Below, piece after piece: positions 28,354 through 39,095 of a stretch of 64,000 nt of DNA (position 1 is the first letter of the stretch; each line of letters begins with the position of its first letter). The translations under genes and the position numbers were made by a program. This stretch comes from an uncultured Phycisphaerales bacterium (lineage in GTDB: Bacteria > Planctomycetota > Phycisphaerae > Tepidisphaerales > Tepidisphaeraceae). The stretch is from positions 1,344,001-1,408,000 of the forward strand of contig CAVWLP010000002.1 in assembly GCA_963755915.1 (NCBI GenBank), written 5' to 3'. The notes beneath the pieces were generated by a model, which was not told where the DNA came from, did not search any database, and saw only the letters and a list, made by a program, of their open reading frames with translations.

Positions 28354-29255
28354 AATTCGGACAAGTCGACAATCCGGGAAAAGTCGATTTCAAGATCGTG
28401 TCAGACAATCCGGGCACTGCGAAGGTGTTGAAAAAGACTTTGAAATCGAAGGTGTTTGAGGCCTGCGTCGGATGTGCAAAGTGGAATAAAAAAGACCTTA
28501 AACATTTCTATCCGAGGGAAGTAAAAGATGAACTCGCATATTATTCGACGCAGTTCAATTGCATCGAGTTGAATGCAACATTTTACCGCCTGTTTCCTGC
28601 GGCGACATTCGACAACTGGTATAAGGCGGTGCCAGAGAATTTCGAGTTCTTTCCCAAACTCGAGCAATCAATCTCCCACTTCCGGCGGTTGAAGGACGTG
28701 AAAGAGATCGTCAAACGAAACGTCAAAAACATGTCGCGTCTGCGTGAAAAACTGGGAATGCCGTTTCTGCAGATGCACAATAATTTTCGGCCGAAGGATT
28801 TTGAGCGTGTTGCGGCGTTTGCCGAAAACTGGAAATATGAGGTGCCGTTGGCGATGGAGTTTCGCCACACAGATTGGTTTAACGACGCCTCGGTTTCGGG
28901 CAAACTCTACGATTTACTTGAAAAATACGGTATCACGAATGTCCTTGTCGACACCGCGGGTCGTCGCGACCTGATGCACATGCGTTTGACGACCTCGACA
29001 GCGTTCATACGCTGGGTAGGGTCAAATGAACCCAAATCGGATCGCTCGCGCCTGGATGAATGGGTTGGGCGAATCGCCAAATGGAAAAAGGCCGGTCTGC
29101 GGAAACTCATATTCATCGTCCACCAGAATGAAGAACAGGAGTCGCCGGCACTGGCAGCGCATTTTATCGAGCGGCTCAACAAGCGGATCGGCACGACGTT
29201 GCCAATTCCCAGGATATTCGCTGCTTTACATGCTGGGCGATCCCGGCATCGATGA
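28350..29255 (+). CDS. DUF72 family protein
   Basis: YYSTQFNCIELNATFY, AMEFRH..WF, DTAGRRD. Confidence 0.9.
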   Translation: MKFGQVDNPGKVDFKIVSDNPGTAKVLKKTLKSKVFEACVGCAKWNKKDLKHFYPREVKDELAYYSTQFNCIELNATFYRLFPAATFDNWYKAVPENFEFFPKLEQSISHFRRLKDVKEIVKRNVKNMSRLREKLGMPFLQMHNNFRPKDFERVAAFAENWKYEVPLAMEFRHTDWFNDASVSGKLYDLLEKYGITNVLVDTAGRRDLMHMRLTTSTAFIRWVGSNEPKSDRSRLDEWVGRIAKWKKAGLRKLIFIVHQNEEQESPALAAHFIERLNKRIGTTLPIPRIFAALHAGRSRHR

Positions 29256-29274
29256 CGGGAACGTCCTGGGGCTC

Positions 29275-30839
29275 TCAGCGACGGCGCACGCGGGTGGCGA
29301 GTTCGGCGGCTACGGTTTCGATCACGCTTTTCCAATCGCCGCGCGAAGTTTGTCGGAAGAGGCGCATGGTCGGATACCACGGGGTGTCTTCGCGGGCGGT
29401 CATCCATCGCCAGTCGGTGGCGAATTGGAGCATGAGCCAGATCTCCGCGCCAGTGCGCCGGCGAGGTGGGGGATGGAAGTGTCTGATGAGATCACCAGGT
29501 CCATGAGGGAAATCACGGCGGCGGAGTCGGCGAAATCTTCGATCTGTGAACCGATGTCGATCAGGCGCATGCCGTTCGGCGCGATGGCAATTTGTGATGC
29601 GGCGGCGCCTTTCTGGAGGCTGAAGAACGTGACGCCGGGGATTGCAAGCGGGGCCAGTTGGCTGAGCGAAAGGGAGCGGGTTCGGTCGCGGGCGAAGCCT
29701 GCGTTGCCGGACCAGTTTAACGCTACGCGCAGGGTGCCGGCGGGTGGGCCGAGTTTCTGCGACCAATTTGTTTTCAGCGCGTCATTGGCGGCGAGATAAG
29801 GGACATTCGCGGGGATCGTTTCGACGCGCGTTCCCAGGGCCAGGGGAAGACTCATCATTGGGCAATGGAGATCGAACGGGGGAAGGGGGTCGCCCGTCTT
29901 GATTACCTGTGCGATTCCAGCGAGTCCCTGCATCAGCCGAAGCAGCGGCGGCTGGCATTCCAGGACAATTTTCGCGCCTCTCTCGCGTAGAGAGGGGATA
30001 AAGCGGGCGAACTGGATGGTATCCCCCATGCCCTGTTCGGCATGGAGCAGGATGGTCTTGCCGGCAGGCGGCTCGCCGCGCCACATCGGCTGGGAAAAAT
30101 CGCGCCGGCGGGAGGGGAAATCGCGGCATTGCCAGCGCCATTCAAATTCCTTCCAACCCTCGGGAAAAAGGCCTTTCATCAGGAGAAGAAGCGAGAGATT
30201 GTGATGGGCTTCGGGAAGATCGGGGCGCAATTCAATCGCCCGGCGGTATTCGTGGATCGCATCATCGACTCGCCCGGCGGCGCTGAGAGCTGCTCCCAGG
30301 TTGAGGTGTGCTTCGGCATACGCCGGATTGATCTTCAGGCAGCGGCGATAAGCCTCGATGGCTTCTTCGAGCCGGCCGCATTCGCGCAGGGCGATTCCGA
30401 GGTTTAGAAGCGCGGACGCGTCGTTGGGATTGGGGGTAAGATATTTTTGATAGACTTCTGCCGCCTCTTGCGGGCGGTTTGTTCCGAGCAGGGCTTTGGC
30501 GAGTTGATCGACCGCGCTGGGAAAATTCGGGCGCAATTCCACGGCCTGCCGGAAGGCTGTGATGCCTTCCCCTGTTTTTCCCAGGGCCATGAGGACGATT
30601 CCGCGATTGAAATGGTAATCTGCGGCTTGCGGTTTGATCGCCAATGCCCGATCGATCAAATCCAACCCTTCAGCGTGGCGCCCGCGCTGGGAGGCGACCA
30701 CGCCGAGCATTTCCATGGCATCGGAATTCCCAGGCTCGGCCACGAGCACGCGGCGGTAGACCTCTTCGGCTTCCGCCAGCCGCCCGGCGGAGTGATGGGC
30801 GAGGGCCAATTGCATAGCCTGATGGACGGTGAGCTCCAT
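29275..30839 (-). CDS. TPR-repeat glycosyltransferase (GT9-like C-terminus); frameshift near 29450
   Basis: TPR repeats; EQGMGDTIQFARF; DLVISSDTSIPHLAGAL; DWRW..TPWYPTMRLFRQ. Confidence 0.88.
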
Positions 30840-30929
30840 GGGAATATCGTATCAGGAAGAGCAGCGCGGACGCGAAAATGGAATTTCGATTAGCTGCTCT
30901 CCATGGCAGAATGCGCCGATAAAACAACG

Positions 30930-31795
30930 ATGCCTCCACTTTCACTTATTGTCACCGCCGACGACTTCGGCATCGGCCGCCGCACCAGCGAAGGGATCAT
31001 CCATGCGCATCTGCACGGCCCGGTGACGGCGACCAGCCTGATGGTCGTCACCGGGGATCACCTTCAGGCTTCCTTGCCGTTGCTGGCAGAGGCGCCAAAC
31101 CTGGACGTAGGGCTGCATATCGTTCTGACAAAATGCGGGCATCGGCCACTGGTGGCGGGGAAATCTTCGGGATTGTGTGATGAGGAAGGGTTTGTCACCA
31201 ACGGGCGGCTCTGGCTGAAAGCGTTTGCCGGGCGGCTGGATCGAAAAGCCGTGACGGACGAAATCGCCGCACAGGCACAGGCTTTTCGGAAGATCGTCGG
31301 GCGGGCGCCGGCATATGTGGATGCGCATCACCATTCCCATCAGCTTCCGACGATTCGGGACGCGTTGCTGGAAGTGATTGGGTCGGGGCTGCTGCCGGCG
31401 ATCAGCCGAAAAACCGTTGAGCCGCCGGGAATGCTCGGGCGGGCGCCGGCGCGAAGCGGAATCGGCGGGCGGCTCATCTGCTGGGCAAGCGCGCTGGGAA
31501 GAAATTCTCCGCAGGGAAAGTCTGGTCTAACGATTTTTACTTTGGGATGCTGGATGCCGCCGCGTTGCAACAGGAATTTCCCTGGCAACATTTTCTCCGG
31601 CATCTGCCCGCCGGCGGCGTCGTCGAATGGGTTGTCCATCCCGGCTGCGAGGATGCAACACTAATCCCCCGCGATACCTACGTGGCCGAGCGGGCGGTTG
31701 AGCTGCACGCGCTCACCGACCCCTCGATGATGAAATATTGGGAACATCTGCGTCCCAGCCTTGCACGGAAATCTATTCTGGCCGGCGGTAAGTGA
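30930..31795 (+). CDS. YdjC/ChbG/HpnK family deacetylase (frameshift near 31450)
   Basis: LIVTADDFG, VGLHIVL, YVDAHHHSH, EWVVHPG. Confidence 0.88.
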
Positions 31796-31859
31796 CGGGT
31801 AAAAAAACAAAGCCCGCCGGGATCGACGGGCTTTGCTGGCATTTTCTTTGGATGCGATT

Positions 31860-32084
31860 TTAGGTAGCAACCGTGGGGGTTGCGACGCGGCGCACCAGGG
31901 TGGCCTTGATGCCTTTGGGGCCGTCCTCGGCCTCATATTCCACTGCCTCCCCATCCTGGAGGGTTCGAAACCCCTCTGCCTGGATGACGGTGTGATGAAC
32001 GAAGATGTCCTTTCCGCCCTGGTCCGAAGAAATGAATCCGAACCCTTTTTGGTCGTTGAACCACTTGACCTTGCCCGTGGCCAT
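31860..32084 (-). CDS. csp: Cold shock protein
   Basis: [32 protein letters not shown]. Confidence 0.96.
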   Translation of the reverse strand: MATGKVKWFNDQKGFGFISSDQGGKDIFVHHTVIQAEGFRTLQDGEAVEYEAEDGPKGIKATLVRRVATPTVAT

Positions 32085-32283
32085 ACAGCCACTCCTTTCA
32101 GACGTGTAAGACGCGGAAAGCGCCCTTGGTTTGCGGGACAATTGAACTGAGTTCCGACGAGCCCTTCCCGATCGGAAAAGCGCCGCTCCGTGCCCGCGAT
32201 ATGTGCGACGCCGGGGCGGGAACATACCACGTGCTTTCTGACGCTCCAAAAATACCCCTTGTTTTCCCCATTCGTGACGCGAG

Positions 32284-32567
32284 TTATCCACAATTTTTGG
32301 GCCTCTCGCGCCGATTTTGCCCAGTATTCCAAGGGTTTTTGAGCGCGGAGCCTCATTTCGCCCCGAAAATCCGGCAAGTTTTAAGGTTGTGTTTTTCCTT
32401 GTTTATCTAACTCAATTAGATATAAAGATTTATGATTATGAATCGTCGCAATCCAGCATGAGGCTCATTTTCAGCTTTTGTTAGGAAATCCTCATTTTCA
32501 ATTCGTAATCCTTTGATCTGCCGCGAGCAGTGCGCACGAGGTGGCGGTTATCCACGAGTTATCCACC
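32284..32567. promoter_or_regulatory. DnaA-box cluster flanking an AT-rich tract
   Basis: TTATCCACA at 32284; TTATCCACG at 32548; TTATCCACC at 32559; AT-rich tract about 32380-32520. Confidence 0.5.
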
Positions 32568-32643
32568 GTTTTGCAGTGGCCTTGATTTTCAGGACTTCTG
32601 GGAGAGACTAATCGCCCCGTTTTGGGGCTTTTTTCAGGCAAAG

Positions 32644-33383
32644 ATGAACCTTCTCGAAGTGACCAAGCTTATCAAATCCTACAACGGCCGCGTTGTCGTC
32701 AACGATGTCAGCTTCCTCCTCCGGCAGCAGGAGGTCGTCGGACTCCTCGGCCGCAACGGCGCCGGAAAAACCACCACCTTCCGCATGATCCTGGGGATGG
32801 TCCAGCCAGACAGCGGCGTGGTCGCCTTCGATGCCATGAACATCACCGACCTCCCCATGTACAAGCGTGCCCGCCTGGGGATCGGCTACCTGTCGCAGGA
32901 ACGGAGCGATTTCCGCCGGCTTTCCGTGCTCCACAACCTCCTGGCGATCCTGGAAACCCTGAACCTCAGCCGCAGGGAACGCATGCAGAAGGCCAACGCC
33001 CTGCTCGCACAATACGGCCTGACCAAGCAGCGAAACCAGAAGGCCGACACCCTCAGCGGCGGAGAACGCCGAAAGCTGGAAATCGCCCGCGCTCTCGTGA
33101 CCGACCCCAAGCTGATCCTGTTGGATGAACCCTTCAGCGGCGTCGATCCGATCGCCGTCGAAGACCTTCAGAGAGAGGTCCGCCGGCTCAAGGACGAATT
33201 CGGTAAGAGCGTACTGATCACCGATCACAACGTCGCCCAGACCCTGCGCGTGTGCGACCGGGCTCTGATTATCACGGATGGGCAGGTCTTCAAGGATGGA
33301 ACCCCGCGCAAATCATCAACGATATGGAAGTTCGCGCCGCCTACCTTGGGAACACGTTCCGAGGCGACGAATTCGATGACTGA
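32644..33383 (+). CDS. lptB: LPS export ABC transporter ATP-binding protein (frameshift near 33305)
   Basis: GRNGAGKTT, LPMYKRARLGIGYL, LSGGERR, LDEPFSGVDPIAV; corrected end VRAAYLG..FRGDEFDD*. Confidence 0.92.
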
Positions 33384-33435
33384 TCCATTGAGCCCGATGC
33401 GGCCCCGGTCCTACAATGCCCTTTCGGGAGCTTCT

Positions 33436-34704
33436 ATGCCGCGGAAAATTGCCGTCGGTTTGATGGTGCTGGCGACCCTGGCCGTTGGGGCTTACACCTA
33501 TTCACTGTCGCGAGCGCAAGTGGCGGCTCCTGTCGCGGCCTCGCCGCAGACCGTGACTGTTTCTCCCGAGGCAAAGGACCTGCTCAATAAAATTCACGAC
33601 GCCTACGCCTCTCTCAAATCGCTGGCCCTCACCGGTTCCATCAACGGTCATTTCAATATCGACGGCGTGGAATTAAACCCCTCCGGCACCTTCACCGGCC
33701 TGTTTACCTCCTCCGGCCTCTTCCGCAGTGAGATGAAGGAGACGACGAGTACCAATTCTCCCACAACCCAGCCCACCGGCGATGCCCTCGTCGGGAACTC
33801 CGGCGACAAGGTCTACCTCTACTTCCCGCAGCAAAACCGCTATCTGATGGAGGACACCCCCAGGGGCAAGATAGACCTGACCGCCCTGGGCAGCGACATT
33901 GCCGACCTTCTGCGAAACCAGGATCTCTCCCTGACGCTTGCCCTCTCGGATGACGCCGCCGCCCAGCTTTCGCAGGACGCGACTGCCATCTCGCGCGTGG
34001 ATGACGTGAAAATCGACAATCAATCCTATCCCGCGCTCCTCTTCACCTACCCGCGTTTCGACATGACCGTGGCCGTCGATCCGCAGACGCATTTGCTGCG
34101 GCGGGTGGTGTCGGATGTCTCCAGGAATTCGCGGCTGGAGGGGGCGAAGGATGTGAAATCGGCCCTGCTGACGACCGACTACGCCTCGCAACTGAACGCC
34201 CCGACCGACCCGTCTCAATTCACCTGGACGCCGCCGCCCGGCGCTCAGCTTCTTGCCAGCAACGACTCCAACGGCGCCAACCTGGTCGGCAAGCCCGTCC
34301 CCTCGTTTTCGCTCGCCGGCCTTGATGGCAAAACCGTTTCCACCGACGACCTGAAAGGTACGGTTTACGTCCTCGATTTCTGGGCGACGTGGTGTGGCCC
34401 GTGCGTCGCTTCGTTGCCGCAGATTGACGCCATCTATCAGGATTTTAAGTCGCAGGGTGTGAAATTCTTCGCCGTCAATACGGCCGAGGACAAAGACACC
34501 GTCCAGAAATTCCTGGCCGCCAACAAGCTCTCGATCCCCGTCCTGCTGGACCTGGATGGAAAGGCTACCGATAAATTCGTCGGCGACGGGGGCATCCCGC
34601 TGACCGTCGTGGTGGGAAAAGATGGCGTCGTCGTGAACGCCGGGTTCTTCGGCGGTGACGAAAGCCAGCTTCGTCCCATCATTGATGCGGCGTTGAAGAA
34701 GTAA
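33436..34704 (+). CDS. Exported TlpA/redoxin protein with LolA-like N-terminal domain
   Basis: Signal peptide MPRKIAVGLMVL; FTWTPPPGA; LDFWATWCGPC. Confidence 0.85.
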   Translation: MPRKIAVGLMVLATLAVGAYTYSLSRAQVAAPVAASPQTVTVSPEAKDLLNKIHDAYASLKSLALTGSINGHFNIDGVELNPSGTFTGLFTSSGLFRSEMKETTSTNSPTTQPTGDALVGNSGDKVYLYFPQQNRYLMEDTPRGKIDLTALGSDIADLLRNQDLSLTLALSDDAAAQLSQDATAISRVDDVKIDNQSYPALLFTYPRFDMTVAVDPQTHLLRRVVSDVSRNSRLEGAKDVKSALLTTDYASQLNAPTDPSQFTWTPPPGAQLLASNDSNGANLVGKPVPSFSLAGLDGKTVSTDDLKGTVYVLDFWATWCGPCVASLPQIDAIYQDFKSQGVKFFAVNTAEDKDTVQKFLAANKLSIPVLLDLDGKATDKFVGDGGIPLTVVVGKDGVVVNAGFFGGDESQLRPIIDAALKK

Positions 34705-34838
34705 GCGCGACACGTCCACATAAAACTATTCCCGACTCCACGTCAATTCGACGCCCCAAATCGCGGGGGTCCGAAAGTTTACGCGACAATTTGCCGATGC
34801 CATTAGCGTAAGACCGGGCTTTTCCCACAAGTGAGATA

Positions 34839-36322
34839 ATGAATAGCGATTTGATGAAAAAGATTCAGCAGTGCCCGAATCTGCCGACACTGCCGACGGT
34901 TGCCGTGCAGATTCTCGACCTTGCCGGCAAACCAAACATCGACATCGCCGAAATCGCCCGCGTCATTTCCAAGGACCCCGCCCTCTCCAGCAAAATTCTC
35001 CGCACGGTGAACAGCAGCTTTTACGGCCGCAGCCACAACATCGGAACCATCAGCCACTCCCTGGTGATTCTTGGCCTCCAATCCGTCAAAACGCTCGTGC
35101 TCGGGTTCTCCCTGGTTACCACGCTGAGCAAAAATAAAACCACCGGCTTCAACCATCTGAAATACTGGCGGCGAAGTTTCTATTCCGCCACCGCCGCGCA
35201 CACCATCGCCGCCAAGATGAATCTCGTTCAGCAGGAAGAGGCGTTTCTAGCCTCCCTGCTTCAGGACATCGGCATGCTGGTGCTCCACCAGGTTCTCAGC
35301 GCCCAGTACAACGAAATCTGCACCAAGGTGAAAACCCACAACGATCTGCTCGCCGCCGAGCAGGAAGCGTTTCAGATGACCCACTGCGAAGTGGGCGCCT
35401 ATCTGGCGCAGCAGTGGAAGCTTCCGCCGATCCTCTCGACGACCATTGGCGCCAGCCACGATGCTTCGACGGTGACGGATCCGACCCTGAAAAAAATCGC
35501 CCAGCTCGTGCAGATTGCCGGGCAGTGCGCGGATGTTTTCGTGGACGCCGAGCCGGCCCCGGCCATCGTGCAGGTCCGCGCCACTTCGCCGCCGCTTTCA
35601 AGATGACCGATGCCGACTGCGACCAGCTTCTCGCCGAGATCGGCGTCAAGACCAAGGAGGTCATTCCCCTCTTTGAGGTGAACGTCGGCGACTACGCCAG
35701 CTACGAGGCCATTCTCAAAAAAGCCAACGAAGCCCTGGTGGAACTGACCCTCGAATCGCAAATGCAGGCGACCAAGCTCCAGGAACAAAACCAGGTCCTC
35801 CAGCAGAAGGCGACCACCGACGCCCTCACCAACCTGAGCAATCGCGCATCCTTCGACGAAACCCTCAAGCAGCTCTTCGCTGCCGCCCGGACCGGCGGAA
35901 GCGCCCTGACCCTTCTCATGCTCGACGTCGACAAGTTCAAGTCGATCAACGATCAGCACGGACATCCGGCCGGCGATCGCGTTCTTGCCACCCTCGGCAA
36001 ACTCCTCAAGAGCGCCACCCGCGATAAAGACCTTGCCGCCCGGTATGGCGGAGAGGAAATGGTCCTGCTTCTGCCGGAAACGTCCCGCGCCATCGGCGCC
36101 GCCATCGCCGAGACCATTCGCCTCGCGGTCTCCAAGCAGCCCATCAACTGCGGCAAGCAGGCCGTCCCGGTCACCGTAAGCATCGGCGTCGCAACGCTCG
36201 AGCCCAACAGCCGGATGACCGAACCCGCCCACCTCCTCAAAGCCGCCGACATGGCCGTTTACGCGGCGAAAAACTCCGGACGCAATTGCGTCAAGATATT
36301 CTCCCTCGCCGCCGCGGCGTAG
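34839..36322 (+). CDS. HDOD-GGDEF diguanylate cyclase (frameshift near 35578)
   Basis: LPTLP..DPALSSKILRTVNS..LQDIG (HDOD); DALTNLSNR, DVDKFK, RYGGEE. Confidence 0.9.
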
Positions 36323-36449
36323 TCGGTCAATCCCTCAGATAACCTGATTCTAAATCGGCGACCGCAACGGCAACAAATCTCCCTTCGCGTTTAGCCGCAA
36401 CCCCGCAGGGGTGCGCGTTTCGGATCGTCGCAAAATCGTGGTCCCCCAT

Positions 36450-37575
36450 TCAGAACAACGACAATTGCCCGTTCACTACCGGCCTCCGGAAATGCGCCGT
36501 CGATAGCGGCCGGATATCCCGGTTGAGGCCGTACTTGCGGGTGAAAACGTCAAACGTCTGCGAGAGCTGCTCAACAATCACTCCCCGCCCCCGGCGCCGA
36601 TTGGCATACGACGATTCGTAAAGCTTTCCGCCGCGCGACTGCCGGATCAACGATTCAACTTTTTTAGCCCGGTCCGGGTGAACACTTCTCTTTAGCCAGT
36701 CGAGAAACAGATCTTTGAGCTGATACGGCAGTCGCAGCAGCACCCACGCCGCCCGCCGCGCACCCGCATCTGCCACGGCGCTCATAATCTGCGGCAGCTC
36801 GGTATCGGTCAGCCCGGGGATCACCGGAGCGATGTTAACAGTGACCGGGATTCCCGCCGCCGTCAGCTCGCGGATGATCCGCAGGCGAGCCATCGGCGAA
36901 GAGGCGCGCGGCTCAAGCTTCTGTGCCAGGTCGCTGTCGAGCGTAACGAGCGTGACCGTAACCCTCCCGGCGTTCATCTCCGCAAGCCGCGCCCGAAAGA
37001 TCCGTGTCGCGCAGCACCAGTGCGCTCTTGGTCATCGTCGTCACCGGCTGCCCGCACTCCGCCAGAACCTCCAGGCAGCCTCGCGAGATCCGCAGCTTAT
37101 GCTCGATCGGCTGATAGATATCCGTAATCGCCGACATGACAATCGGCTCAGGCTTCCAGTTCGGCGATGCCAGCTCGCGCCGAAGCAGCTCTGCCGCATC
37201 CGGCTTGGCCATGAGCTTGGTCTCAAAATCCATCCCGCAACTGAACCCAAGGTATTCATGATACGGCCTTGCAAAGCAGTAAATGCACCCATGCTCGCAC
37301 CCGCGGTAGGGGTTGATGGTGAAATCGAAAGGCACATCCGCCGTCGGCGCGACGCGATTGATGATGCGCTGCGTCCGGTCGAAGAAAACTTGCCGCTGGA
37401 CGCGGGCGGTTTTGCCGTCCTCGCCCTGCACTTCAATCATCTGGCGATCCAGCTCTTCGCCCAGCACGTGCAGGCGGACGGTTTCGAACCGGTTTCCCGG
37501 ATTGAGCCCAGCGCCGCGCCGATGTGCCGGACCGCTCGGCAGCGCATCGCGAAAAGCAAAATCCTCGTCGCTCAT
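36450..37575 (-). CDS. PA0069 family radical SAM protein (frameshift near 36990)
   Basis: INPYRGCEHGCIYCFARP, TDIYQPIE, LEPRASSP, APVIPGLTD. Confidence 0.9.
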
Positions 37576-37663
37576 GCCCGCACAATAGGCGAGCGCGGCG
37601 TGCGGGCTCAATGGGAATCTTCACCGAATCGTTTGTTGCAAAAGCGACAAACTTTCTCAGAAA

Positions 37664-38170
37664 TCAATTCTTCGGAAGTTTCGACAGCGCCTCGCACATT
37701 CCCATCGCTCTGCGCCAGGCGGAGAGCTGTCCCAGGTGCGTCGCTTCATGGCTCATCATCACGAAGGTCAGGAACATTCCCAGGCTGCTGAAGCGCGGCG
37801 GAATGCCGGGCACACCCGGCGGCTTGGCAAGCTCTTCTGCGCCGAGTCGCGAGAAGAGCCGCACAAACTCCCCCCGCCGCTCGTCGATGATGCCCAGAAG
37901 ATCGGCCCGGGTCGGATGGCCGGCGCCGGCCGACGCGGGCGTCGAACCGCGGCCAAAGCGTTTTTCCCAATCCGGATCGAGCCTGGATTTCCCGCCAAGA
38001 ATCTGCACCAGCCGATCCTGCACGACGGCCAGGTGCGCCAGTTGCCAGGCCGGATGATTCACGATCCCCGGCGGCTGAGACGTCATTCTCTCTTCGGGAA
38101 TATCTTCCACGAGGAGGGTGAGATACTGCCGCTGAAACTGATACGCGGAAAGAATGCAATTGTTATCCAT
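37664..38170 (-). CDS. DinB family protein
   Basis: NHPAWQLAHL..HEATHLGQLSAWRR. Confidence 0.9.
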   Translation of the reverse strand: MDNNCILSAYQFQRQYLTLLVEDIPEERMTSQPPGIVNHPAWQLAHLAVVQDRLVQILGGKSRLDPDWEKRFGRGSTPASAGAGHPTRADLLGIIDERRGEFVRLFSRLGAEELAKPPGVPGIPPRFSSLGMFLTFVMMSHEATHLGQLSAWRRAMGMCEALSKLPKN

Positions 38171-38196
38171 GACTCTTCCTCAGGTAGTAAAAAAGT

Positions 38197-38643
38197 TTAT
38201 CGCTGCGCGCGGGCTTTGATCTCGCTCAGCATCTTGCCCCATCCCTTGGTGACGCCTTCGCGGTGTTCGCTGGCGATCTCGCCAAAGCCACGGTGCGTCA
38301 GTGTCAAAAGCGTTCCCGATCCTTTTTCGGTCAGGCGATACTGAATGTGGTTGATGGCCGGGTAGGACATGAACATCGGGCCATAAATTTCTAGAAGCGA
38401 GGGCGGCTTGATGACCTGCACGTTGCCCCACCAGTGGCCGGTGCTGTTGCCCAGGTCGCGGAACCATCGCCCACCGGGCCACGGCTCCAGGCGGGCGTTC
38501 ATCGACTTGCCCTCCATCCCCGAGAAACCAGGGCCGACCTGGTGCAGGACCGAATCAAAGACGACCGCAGGCGGGGCCGAAATCTCGACCTCCTGGTGAA
38601 TGTGCAGAACAAAATTCGGCAGATTGTCCAATGACTTATCCAT
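38197..38643 (-). CDS. SRPBCC/AHSA1 domain protein
   Basis: EISAPPAVVF, PGGRW, GTLLTLTH..GW. Confidence 0.88.
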   Translation of the reverse strand: MDKSLDNLPNFVLHIHQEVEISAPPAVVFDSVLHQVGPGFSGMEGKSMNARLEPWPGGRWFRDLGNSTGHWWGNVQVIKPPSLLEIYGPMFMSYPAINHIQYRLTEKGSGTLLTLTHRGFGEIASEHREGVTKGWGKMLSEIKARAQR

Positions 38644-39013
38644 GTGACTCTCCTTTATCGTGAGAAGGTGGTTGTGTTGCGCCGGTTTGAACTTTCGCTT
38701 CGGCGTGTGCTTTGATGCGCTGGAGATGATCGCTCCAGAATCGCTCAAAATGTTTGGTCCAGTCGTGAATCGGTTTCAGTTCCATGGCATTGATCGCATA
38801 AAGATGAGTGCGACCCTCCGTTCGCATTTTGACCAGCCCCACCTCCAGCAAAACCCGCAGATGCTTGGAAACCTGCGGCTGCGGCCAGCCGAGGTTGGTG
38901 ACGATGCCGCCAACCGAAAGCTCGGGGCCTTTGGCGAGCAGGTCGAGCAGGTCCCGCCGCTTTGGCTCGGCGACGGCGTTGAAGGGGTCGAGGGTTGTGG
39001 GGGCTCTGGCCAT
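38636..39013 (-). CDS. ArsR/SmtB family transcriptional regulator
   Basis: FNAVAEPKRRDLL..QPQVSKHLRVL..GLV. Confidence 0.92.
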   Translation of the reverse strand: MARAPTTLDPFNAVAEPKRRDLLDLLAKGPELSVGGIVTNLGWPQPQVSKHLRVLLEVGLVKMRTEGRTHLYAINAMELKPIHDWTKHFERFWSDHLQRIKAHAEAKVQTGATQPPSHDKGESHG

Positions 39014-39095
39014 TTGCGGAGAATTATATTCCCATATAGGAATATGTCAAGGAAAAAAATAGGGGATGGTTTCGGAATGGTTTTTCATTTCGCGT

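Noticed and set aside
32530-34704. Apparent 724-aa LptB-thioredoxin fusion
   Set aside because: Artefact of a frameshift near 33305. The proper LptB end (VRAAYLG..DD*) is in another frame, and the redoxin has its own signal peptide at 33436.
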